From: a virus
Lineage: Duplodnaviria > Caudoviricetes
Length of the DNA: 51,658 nt
Virus record (IMG/VR): IMGVR_UViG_3300017644_000127
Span: 1 to 51,658 of that record
Direction: 5' to 3' (one strand)
In this document: piece by piece, positions 25,638-33,355 of the stretch
How the letters are laid out: each line of letters starts with the position of its first letter
How positions within the stretch are numbered: position 1 is the stretch's first letter
Program-made: the position numbers and the translations under genes
Notes under the pieces: generated by a model
What the model was told of the DNA's origin: nothing
The model's database searches: none
The model's input: the letters and a program-made list of their open reading frames with translations, nothing else

Positions 25638-27178
25638 GCGAACGCCTTCTGCATGTCGGATAAGGTGTAACCGGTGCCCAGCGCCAGCTCATTCAGAGCA
25701 TCGGCGAAGGCGTCGACCTGGTCGTCGAATTGTCCGTTCGGGAAGGAGCAAAGTTCATCGAGGAACGGCTCATTCCATGGCGCGCGGATCAGTTTTACAT
25801 TCCCAGCCTCCGCCTGCGCGGATGCCGGCCGGGCGCGGGTCGCCTTGTCGCCCGTGATGGGCATCACCTTCACCGAATATCCGGCGAGCAGCTTCACCTT
25901 CGTCTCGGCGTCGGACTTACCGGCCGCGCCAGGATCCTGCGGCATGCGGATTATGACCGCGAGGCCATCCTGAGACGCTGTATTCTTCAGGTTCTTCTCG
26001 ACGTCGGAAGCGGACCACCGATCCCGGCGCACGTCCTCGACGTAGAAGGTGCCGTTGACGTAGGCCATCTTGAGACCGACGGTCCAATCCGGCTGTTTCC
26101 CCGGTTTCGGCTTTGACGCTGCGAAATCCCATGCCCTGACACGCTTCGCCCCAGCCGGTACCGCGTCAACGATCTGAAAATCGCCGCGCTGGAACATACC
26201 GCCCGATCTGGGCGCCGGCCGCTGCTGAAACTGACCTGCGACGGCATAGGAGCCCAGCGGGATCTTGTCGCGCTCGACCACATGGCGGGGGAAGCGCTCG
26301 GGAAAGAGGAGCTCCCCGTCTTCCTTCCTCGGATCGACGAAGCCGATCTTGGTCCGGCACTGGCGTTCCGGCTCATACTCCATCGGGAGCATCAGGTGCT
26401 CGTATCCCAGCCCGAGCGACAGAATGGACCCCGAAACGTCCGCTTCATGCAGGCGCTGCATGATGACGATGATGGCCGAGCGTTCCGGATCGTTCAGACG
26501 GGTTGGGACCGATTCCCGGAACGTCCGAACCGTTGATAGGCGATCGGCTTCACTCTCAGCGCCATCGACCGAATGCGGGTCGTCGATGATCACCCGATCA
26601 CCACGACCGCCGGTGAGACGCGAGAACGGAACGCCCTGGCGAAACCCAGTCCTCGTGTTTGCGAAGGCCATCTCGCCGCGGCGCGTCAACTGGACCGTGT
26701 CGCCCCATAGCGCCTGATACCAGTCCGAATCGACGAGATCGCGCATACGGCGGTTGTCGCGCTTGGCGTAATCCTCGGAATACGACGAGCCGAGGATGCG
26801 CAGTGCCGGCCGGCCCTTCGGGCCCCACTCCCATGCCGGCCAGAAGACGCCCGTGATCAGCGACTTCATCGTGCCAGGCGGCACGTTGATCAGGAGGCGG
26901 ATGATCTCCCCGTTGGTGACCGCCTCGAGGTGCTCGCAGATCGCGTCGATATGCCAGCCATGGACATAGGTGATCGACGGCTCGACGACGTGCCAGGCCT
27001 CACGGATGAACCCCGATAGGGTCTGGCACTTGGCCCGGATACGCTCGGCATCCTTGGCGACACGCTCCCGTTCAGCCTCAGCCGCCCGTCTAGCCTTCTC
27101 CTCCCTGATCAGGCGCATCATCGTCGCCGGATCCGGCAAGCGGACCGAAGATGCTTTCAAGTTGATCGAGCTGGTCAC
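25634..27178 (-). CDS. terL: Terminase large subunit (true start may be the ATGs near 27120)
   Basis: Walker A NVPPGTMKS, Walker B IIDDPH, MQRLH, nuclease DDQVDA. Confidence 0.93.
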   Translation of the reverse strand: MTSSINLKASSVRLPDPATMMRLIREEKARRAAEAERERVAKDAERIRAKCQTLSGFIREAWHVVEPSITYVHGWHIDAICEHLEAVTNGEIIRLLINVPPGTMKSLITGVFWPAWEWGPKGRPALRILGSSYSEDYAKRDNRRMRDLVDSDWYQALWGDTVQLTRRGEMAFANTRTGFRQGVPFSRLTGGRGDRVIIDDPHSVDGAESEADRLSTVRTFRESVPTRLNDPERSAIIVIMQRLHEADVSGSILSLGLGYEHLMLPMEYEPERQCRTKIGFVDPRKEDGELLFPERFPRHVVERDKIPLGSYAVAGQFQQRPAPRSGGMFQRGDFQIVDAVPAGAKRVRAWDFAASKPKPGKQPDWTVGLKMAYVNGTFYVEDVRRDRWSASDVEKNLKNTASQDGLAVIIRMPQDPGAAGKSDAETKVKLLAGYSVKVMPITGDKATRARPASAQAEAGNVKLIRAPWNEPFLDELCSFPNGQFDDQVDAFADALNELALGTGYTLSDMQKAFA

Positions 27179-27557
27179 CGGAGAGCCTGGTTAGATCGAC
27201 TGTGGGTATGGGGCCGCCATTTGGCCCGGCGTGGCGATGCTGCGACGGGGCATGACTGCCCTGCATCTTGTTGGCCTCGGCGATGGCGGAGACGGACACG
27301 CGCGGGTCATCCTTCTCGGCCGCATCCGAAATACGCTTGAGGGCCGCGAGCCTGTCAGCGGCCGTCCATTCGGCCTTCTCGGCAGCCCTGCCTTGCAGTT
27401 CCGCGACACGCCGCTCGATGTTCACATTTGTTGACAACCGGGATGCTGCGGATCGGCTCGGCTTATAGCCAGCATTCACATACGCCTCGGCCGCACTCTT
27501 GCCCTTTGCCAGGGTTTGGGCGAATGCTTCGTGCCTAGGGTTTGGAAGGGCGGGCAT
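27090..27557 (-). CDS. terS: Terminase small subunit
   Basis: MPALPNPRHEAFAQ.LAKG.SA.EAY..AGY HTH; GPNGGPI motif. Confidence 0.88.
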   Translation of the reverse strand: MPALPNPRHEAFAQTLAKGKSAAEAYVNAGYKPSRSAASRLSTNVNIERRVAELQGRAAEKAEWTAADRLAALKRISDAAEKDDPRVSVSAIAEANKMQGSHAPSQHRHAGPNGGPIPTVDLTRLSGDQLDQLESIFGPLAGSGDDDAPDQGGEG

Positions 27558-28029
27558 GGCTTACCGGTATTCGAATGCGCAGATCTGCAACAACGGTCAT
27601 CTCATTACCAGTGATATTGAAGACGGCAGCGGTGCAAACTTCTGCAGCAATTGTGGAGCGGCTACAGTTGTTCGGTGCGCACACTGCTCGGCGGGCATCC
27701 GCGGAGATGCAGACGACGACGGCTTTACGCTTTCCATGGGACCCGTCCCCGCATTCTGTCACTATTGCGGCAAACCCTACGAATGGACTTTGAGGCAGGT
27801 CCAAGCAGCAAAGGATCTTGCCGACGAGATTGAAGACATGGACGAGGCAGAGCGCGAGAAGGCTAAGGCGAGCTTTATCGACTTGGCGTCAGATACGCCC
27901 CAAACCGCCGTCGCAGCTACAAGGGTGAAGAAGCTGATAGCAAAAGCCGGCCCCATCATCGGCAATGCTATTCGCGAAATTGTTGTGTCTATAGCGACCG
28001 ATGCCGCGAAGAAGACGATCGGCCTTTAG
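27556..28029 (+). CDS. DUF2321-like zinc-ribbon protein (moron)
   Basis: AQICNNGH, FCSNCG, C..C..IRG, FCHYCGKPYEWT, DTPQT.VA. Confidence 0.8.
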   Translation: MAYRYSNAQICNNGHLITSDIEDGSGANFCSNCGAATVVRCAHCSAGIRGDADDDGFTLSMGPVPAFCHYCGKPYEWTLRQVQAAKDLADEIEDMDEAEREKAKASFIDLASDTPQTAVAATRVKKLIAKAGPIIGNAIREIVVSIATDAAKKTIGL

Positions 28030-28151
28030 CCGTCGCGTATCGCAGCCTGGGTTGCGTTCAGATCGACGAGGTACTCTGCAACGAAGCGCTGCTGCTTGTC
28101 GGTCAGCGCATCTGTGGTTCCATATTCTTGGGTTAGGGTGGAACGACGACA

Positions 28152-28706
28152 ATGCCATTTTACTCGGTGGATCGACGCGGGTTCTATCGCGCAGGTGAGG
28201 CGCTTGGGCTCTTCAGTGAAGACCCTCAGCCAGAGGTAAGGAGGCGCCCCAGCGGCGAGCTATTCTCTGTGGCCGAGGCAAGCCAACACCTATTGTCCCT
28301 GTTCCCGGACGGCTTGTCTCTTCACGGATGGGACATGATGACGGTCCCAATCGCATACACACCGCCGCCCCATTTCCAATACGTAACTTACTCGCCGTTG
28401 ATTGAGATCGCGTTTGCATTTGTTCGAAGGAGCGATTTCCCAGAGAGGCCATCGAGGCTTCAGTCGTATTTGGGCTGGCTGGACAGCGATGCCGCTTCGG
28501 CCTTTAGCCGCAACAATGGAGGCCAGCCGGTGTATCAACTAGACAGTCAAGCCGCCTTCGTCGCCGACGGATACTGGTTGAAAATCGGATGGCGGGCCGC
28601 CGATACCAGCTTGTGCGCACATCGGTATTGGGCAGGAGACATGTCCGCGAACAGCGAACCAGAGGTACTGCTCCAAACGCCCGTTCAGGTAGTCACTCGT
28701 CTCTGA
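28152..28706 (+). CDS. DUF2441-like protein (possible ADP-ribosyltransferase fold)
   Basis: VRRSDFPERPSRLQS, YWAG, EPEVLL motifs. Confidence 0.55.
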   Translation: MPFYSVDRRGFYRAGEALGLFSEDPQPEVRRRPSGELFSVAEASQHLLSLFPDGLSLHGWDMMTVPIAYTPPPHFQYVTYSPLIEIAFAFVRRSDFPERPSRLQSYLGWLDSDAASAFSRNNGGQPVYQLDSQAAFVADGYWLKIGWRAADTSLCAHRYWAGDMSANSEPEVLLQTPVQVVTRL

Positions 28707-28781
28707 CGATGGCGAGACAAGGCCTCTTCTCCACACCGGCAAAACTGTGGTTGTATGCACGCTCCCGGAGGGAGGGCGGCA

Positions 28782-29111
28782 ATGAAGCGCGCAGTGACAA
28801 CGATTGCGATAGCGTTGCTGTGGTCATCGTCGGCGTTTACCGATGTGAAGTATGACGACTTCGACGCGAACCGCGACCAATTCACTACATATTTAAGTGG
28901 CGTATCCCGGGGCATCTCTTGGACGAACTCATGGGCTTCGATACGCGGGCACCCGGCCTACTGCCCCCCGCCTGATCTCGCCATCACGAACGAACAAGCG
29001 ATTGATATCCTGGACCGATACGTTCAGAAACGTGGGGAATCCGCCCGCAACGACCCCATCGAACTGCTATTACTACAGGCGCTACGAGACGTTTTCCCCT
29101 GTAAGGATTAA
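28782..29111 (+). CDS. Rap1a/Tai-like periplasmic immunity-family protein
   Basis: Signal peptide, YLSGV, YCPP, ILDRYV, ALRDVFPC. Confidence 0.7.
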   Translation: MKRAVTTIAIALLWSSSAFTDVKYDDFDANRDQFTTYLSGVSRGISWTNSWASIRGHPAYCPPPDLAITNEQAIDILDRYVQKRGESARNDPIELLLLQALRDVFPCKD

Positions 29112-29797
29112 GCCGCCTCTTTCTTCCGCCTGGCGGCTTCGCGTTGGCGCCGGCGCTCGTTGCGCTTGGCTGCCCATGAAAACGCCGACTCCGGCTCATC
29201 TGCCATAAACGGCGAGAACGCGCTGTCGGCCATCCATGAATTTAGGTGATCTCTCTTGCCCGCATCTTCGGCGATCGTAGCGGAAACATGACTGATTTCA
29301 TGGCCGTATGACAACACCCGGATTTCGGCCGTTTGTGCATGCAAATCGCGTTTCCCGGCAAGATGGTCTGCTATGCGCTCCAAGGCGCGATCTTTTCGCC
29401 TCCGCCCGGTCTCAGGATGGATACCTTCGACCTGGAAACACCAGCGGCGGAACGACTTCCCGCCGGCCTTGGCCCGGGCCCATGCCCATAGTGCTCGGCG
29501 CTCGGCATCATCGTTCGTTGCTGTCAGCCAGTCGAAGAGCTTCTCGACGGCACTGATCTCTGCCGCGGTCGGCATCGAGGCCAGCCGCTCCCAGAAGGCC
29601 TTACGCTCCTCGGCAAGCGGATCCTCTCCCTTGGCGAGCTTGTCGCCCGCCTCTTTTCGCCAGCCGGCCTTGTCGTTCCAGTCGTGGACATAAGGAAGCT
29701 GCTGGGCGCGCAGGGCCATCGGGCCAACGTGCTCGTGGGTGTTGCGGTCGATCTCCGCCGCTCTGATGAAGATGCTCGCGATGTCGCCGATGTTCAT
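29108..29797 (-). CDS. Hypothetical protein, possible late-gene regulator
   Basis: Last gene of the leftward early operon before the terminase genes; sigma-region-4-like segment. Confidence 0.5.
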   Translation of the reverse strand: MNIGDIASIFIRAAEIDRNTHEHVGPMALRAQQLPYVHDWNDKAGWRKEAGDKLAKGEDPLAEERKAFWERLASMPTAAEISAVEKLFDWLTATNDDAERRALWAWARAKAGGKSFRRWCFQVEGIHPETGRRRKDRALERIADHLAGKRDLHAQTAEIRVLSYGHEISHVSATIAEDAGKRDHLNSWMADSAFSPFMADEPESAFSWAAKRNERRRQREAARRKKEAA

Positions 29798-30234
29798 GTC
29801 CGCCGCCTGTCGTCATAGAGATCGGGTTGTATGGATCGAGGCCCGAAGGCTCGCCACATGCGTTCGTAGATCATGCCGGCCAGGACCGCGTTCAACGGAA
29901 AGATGCCCCTGAGGTCCTGGGTTATCCACTGCAGCTCGCCTACCGGCGTCGCGTCCCAAGCGGCGAGCCACTTTGATGCCTGATCCACGTCGTCGGGCCG
30001 GGCCCGGATGAGCCCTGAAGCCGCGCCGAACGCTTCACGGTCGAGGCACGCCTTGTTGTTCTCGGTTTCGGCGAGCGTCGTCATAACCAGGCGCGCGTGC
30101 TCAATGCCATGTCGGCGGATGATCTTCTCCAGGGTGCCGACGGCGCGCGTCTCTCCCGGTCCCGGATATACCGATTTCGGCACTACCCGGACTTCGAACT
30201 CGTCGCAGAGGGCCTGGACACGCGGATCGATCAT
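29794..30234 (-). CDS. Phage hypothetical protein
   Basis: ATG 30234, ATGA-coupled on both sides. Confidence 0.7.
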   Translation of the reverse strand: MIDPRVQALCDEFEVRVVPKSVYPGPGETRAVGTLEKIIRRHGIEHARLVMTTLAETENNKACLDREAFGAASGLIRARPDDVDQASKWLAAWDATPVGELQWITQDLRGIFPLNAVLAGMIYERMWRAFGPRSIQPDLYDDRRRT

Positions 30235-30608
30235 GCAGCCACCCGCTTTCGGCGCTTCCGGGGCTTGCCGGCGATCTTCTCGATGGTCTCGACAGGCACG
30301 AGCCGGTATCCGATCGCGCCCCTCCCCGGCCGGTTCTTCGGAATAGTCCATCCATATGGCTCGATCTTCGGGCGAATCTCGGCGATGCACGACGTGATGA
30401 CGTTGGCCGCGTAGAGCGGCCCGCCGTCCCGGTCGTGGCGATAGACCATGTCGACGAGGTCGGGCCCTGACACATGGCGGGGATAGGCCTTCGACAGACA
30501 TTCGATGATGGTCCGGCCGCGATATCCGAGCGCCACCGACGCGAGCGCCTCTTTCGGAGCATGCTGTGCCAGCGGCTGACCACAGGCTGGGCAGTGAGTG
30601 GTTGTCAT
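30231..30608 (-). CDS. Winged-helix (OmpR/Trans_reg_C-like) protein with N-terminal CxxC
   Basis: CPACGQ; LVDMVY...VITSCIAEIRPKI...GYRL. Confidence 0.75.
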   Translation of the reverse strand: MTTTHCPACGQPLAQHAPKEALASVALGYRGRTIIECLSKAYPRHVSGPDLVDMVYRHDRDGGPLYAANVITSCIAEIRPKIEPYGWTIPKNRPGRGAIGYRLVPVETIEKIAGKPRKRRKRVAA

Positions 30609-30937
30609 GCCGCGAGTCTCCCTGTGCTGCCCTTCTTGTACCGGCTGAGGACCGGAGCGCCGTGTCGGGCCTGATAGCGGGCAAGAGCGGTGAGCACAGA
30701 CGTATGATCAAGACCGAACCACTTGCCTATCGTGGGAGCCGAGGTCATCGGCCTTGCGGCCTTGGTTCGATAGATCGCTTCAGTGCGAGCAGCAGTGACC
30801 TGGACGGTGCGCGACCGCGACAGGATCTCACGGGGCGGAACTCCGTGCTTCTCGGCAACCTCGCGCACAATCATGCGCACCCACTCGGGCAGCGGAGCCA
30901 GCAATATGAAGTCGAGCGGCGTTTCATAAATGCTCAT
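30605..30937 (-). CDS. DnaA C-terminal-like HTH protein
   Basis: VAEKHGV...ILSRSR...AR.EAIY...IGKWFGLDHTSVL. Confidence 0.8.
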   Translation of the reverse strand: MSIYETPLDFILLAPLPEWVRMIVREVAEKHGVPPREILSRSRTVQVTAARTEAIYRTKAARPMTSAPTIGKWFGLDHTSVLTALARYQARHGAPVLSRYKKGSTGRLAA

Positions 30938-31320
30938 GCCCGCCTCCTCTGCCTGTGCTCAACCGCTACCGGAGGCCTGCCGCGACCGGGATAGATCATC
31001 GACGGGCCGACGTCACCGAACACCCTCACCTTCTCCTGCTCGGCCTCCTGTTCGCGTCTGGCGAGAAAGGCGGTCACCTCATCCGCCAGCGCATCCATTG
31101 CCGGCGCCTGCTCGATCTGCTCGGAGCGGATGGACGGGTTCAGAACGCGCGTCAGGCATTCTTTCGCCGCGGCAATTGCCTGGATTGCAGTGTCGCATTC
31201 GACCGGCTGGCCATCCTTCCTAACAAAGCGCCAGTTCTCGCCGGCGAATAGCCGGAACAGTGGCCGGTACCGCGAGCCGTAGGGCATCTGCGAATATTCG
31301 GGCAGGAATTCCTTGGTCAT
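30934..31320 (-). CDS. Hypothetical protein
   Basis: ATG 31320 coupled to the dnaB stop codon. Confidence 0.65.
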   Translation of the reverse strand: MTKEFLPEYSQMPYGSRYRPLFRLFAGENWRFVRKDGQPVECDTAIQAIAAAKECLTRVLNPSIRSEQIEQAPAMDALADEVTAFLARREQEAEQEKVRVFGDVGPSMIYPGRGRPPVAVEHRQRRRA

Positions 31321-32768
31321 CAAAGCCCCTCGTCGAACAGTTCGGCCGGCGCTTCCTCGCGCATCGACACGTATCGGGTGAATGTCGCTTCGAACCGGAT
31401 GCGCCGGCGGATGGATGGATCTCCGAAGCGCACCTTCAGTGCGCCAAGTTCGGCGTGATCCTCTTCCCACCTCTCACGGGCGAACCGGCCCTCGATCTCC
31501 CGCTCTTCCTTTTCATCGGCAGCGGTCGCCAGTTGGGTCGCACGGTATTTCCAGGCCCGGTAGAGGTAGAACATGCCGTCATAGTCCTCGCGGGCCATCT
31601 CGCCCCCGTAAATGTCGGCATCGATCGGCCGCGGGTTCTTGCGCTTCGCGCCCGCACTGGATCGCTGATTGAGGTTCAACCAGACGGCGCCGAATTCCGC
31701 GGCGATGTCCTTGCACACACCATTAACCTCGGCAGCAATGCGGCCTTCATGGTCACGCTCGTTCCTCGGTTTCACCTTGCGGACGTGGTCGAGGATGATC
31801 AGTGGTACCTTTTCGAACCGAGGGGCGAAGGTGGTCAGGAACCGGCGGGCATAGCCCGCGATCTGGGCCGAACCGTCCCGCCGGCCGGAACACTTCTTGT
31901 ACGCCATCGGCAGGGAGCGCAGATCGGCAATCGCCTCCCATTTCCGCTCACGCTCTTTGGTTTGGAGCCGGTCCTCGTCTTTGAGCCTAGCGTGCTCAAT
32001 GCCGAGCTGCTGAGACACCATCTGCAGAAGGCACTGGTCCCAGAGCTGATCATACGAGAGAAGAAGGGTAGGATGACCGTGACGGGCCGCATGGCTCATG
32101 ATCTGCAGAACCTTGCTCGTCTTGCCCTCTCCCGAGCCCGACAGCATGCCGTAGAGGTTCCCCGCCTCAAGGTCCTCGCCCATCACCTCGCGAAGCTGAG
32201 GGAGCGGCAGCGGGACGGTGGGGCGGCTTCTCTTGCGCTCCCCGCCCATCATGCGATCGACTTCGGTTTGAGCCGTCACCATGCCGTCGGCATCGTCGCC
32301 CGCATCGAGCGAGAACAGCAGGTCCTGCGCCTTGCCTATCAGCTCTTGGCCGGTTTCCTCGGGCTGTGCGTTGTAGCCGATCCATGAGATGTCTTGGCCG
32401 ATCGAGATTAACCGGCGCCGCAACGCCACGTCGCGGATGGCTTGGGCTAGTCCGTCGGCTCCCGTCACCGTCACGGCTTCGGCAACAAGCTGCGCCAGGT
32501 ATTGCGAGATCGTGAGATCACCGACCTTGGCATCAGCCGGCAAGAAACCGATGACGGTCGGCGGTGTCGCCTTCTTGCCCTGGCGGATTAGGTCCGAAAT
32601 GATCCCGAATATCTTGCCATGCAACGGCTCACCGAAGTCTTCGGCACTGATCTTCCCATCGACAGCGACGAAGGCGTTCACATTGAGCATGACCGCCCCT
32701 AAAAGGGCGGCCTCTGCCTCGACGGCATCAGGGAGCGCCGGCCGGAAGTCGTGGGAGAAAGCGTTCAT
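31320..32768 (-). CDS. DnaB-like replicative helicase
   Basis: N-terminal EAEAALLGAVM DnaB domain; Walker A GSGEGKT; IILDHV, LNQ, KVRFG. Confidence 0.88.
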   Translation of the reverse strand: MNAFSHDFRPALPDAVEAEAALLGAVMLNVNAFVAVDGKISAEDFGEPLHGKIFGIISDLIRQGKKATPPTVIGFLPADAKVGDLTISQYLAQLVAEAVTVTGADGLAQAIRDVALRRRLISIGQDISWIGYNAQPEETGQELIGKAQDLLFSLDAGDDADGMVTAQTEVDRMMGGERKRSRPTVPLPLPQLREVMGEDLEAGNLYGMLSGSGEGKTSKVLQIMSHAARHGHPTLLLSYDQLWDQCLLQMVSQQLGIEHARLKDEDRLQTKERERKWEAIADLRSLPMAYKKCSGRRDGSAQIAGYARRFLTTFAPRFEKVPLIILDHVRKVKPRNERDHEGRIAAEVNGVCKDIAAEFGAVWLNLNQRSSAGAKRKNPRPIDADIYGGEMAREDYDGMFYLYRAWKYRATQLATAADEKEEREIEGRFARERWEEDHAELGALKVRFGDPSIRRRIRFEATFTRYVSMREEAPAELFDEGL

Positions 32769-33355
32769 GCCGCCCTCGTCTGCAATGACTTGAACCGCTG
32801 GCAGGCCTTGCCGGCCATGGCAATGCCCACGGCCTCGGCGGCATCAGCGTTCTTCACCGTGATCCGGAGCACATGGCAGCGGTCAATCGCGGCACGTTTC
32901 CACAGCTTCTCTTCGACCGGGTCTTCGCCCTCCTTCTCCTTGATCTTGATCGGGGGCTTGAAACCCGGGCCGAAGAAGAATCTCCGCCATGTGGACGAGG
33001 GGATCGTCTGCCATGGGATGCGATAAGCGCTGATGATGCCTACCGCGCCACCGATGAGGCCGGGCAAAAGCATCTGGTTGGGATTGATTGTCTGGATCTT
33101 TCTTGGCCCATGCAGCGTCTGAATGGTCTTCGTGAACGTCTTGACGTTGCGTAGCGGCTCCTCGATCGACACGAAGTCCGGGCGCTGGTCCTTAAGCATG
33201 ATGCGCAACTGATCAGCTAGCGAGGCTGCCTTTTCTTCCGGGCTCTCGCCCTCAGCTTTCATGAGACCCGTCTTAATCGACGAGAGGCTTTGAACGTTCG
33301 CGTCGTACCAGGCGAAGCCGGTCGTGGTCGCGATGTCGAGGCCGAGGATGATCAT
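32765..33355 (-). CDS. RuvC-like Holliday junction resolvase
   Basis: IILGLDIATTTGFA, VSIEEP, STWRR, DAAEAVGI. Confidence 0.8.
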   Translation of the reverse strand: MIILGLDIATTTGFAWYDANVQSLSSIKTGLMKAEGESPEEKAASLADQLRIMLKDQRPDFVSIEEPLRNVKTFTKTIQTLHGPRKIQTINPNQMLLPGLIGGAVGIISAYRIPWQTIPSSTWRRFFFGPGFKPPIKIKEKEGEDPVEEKLWKRAAIDRCHVLRITVKNADAAEAVGIAMAGKACQRFKSLQTRAA

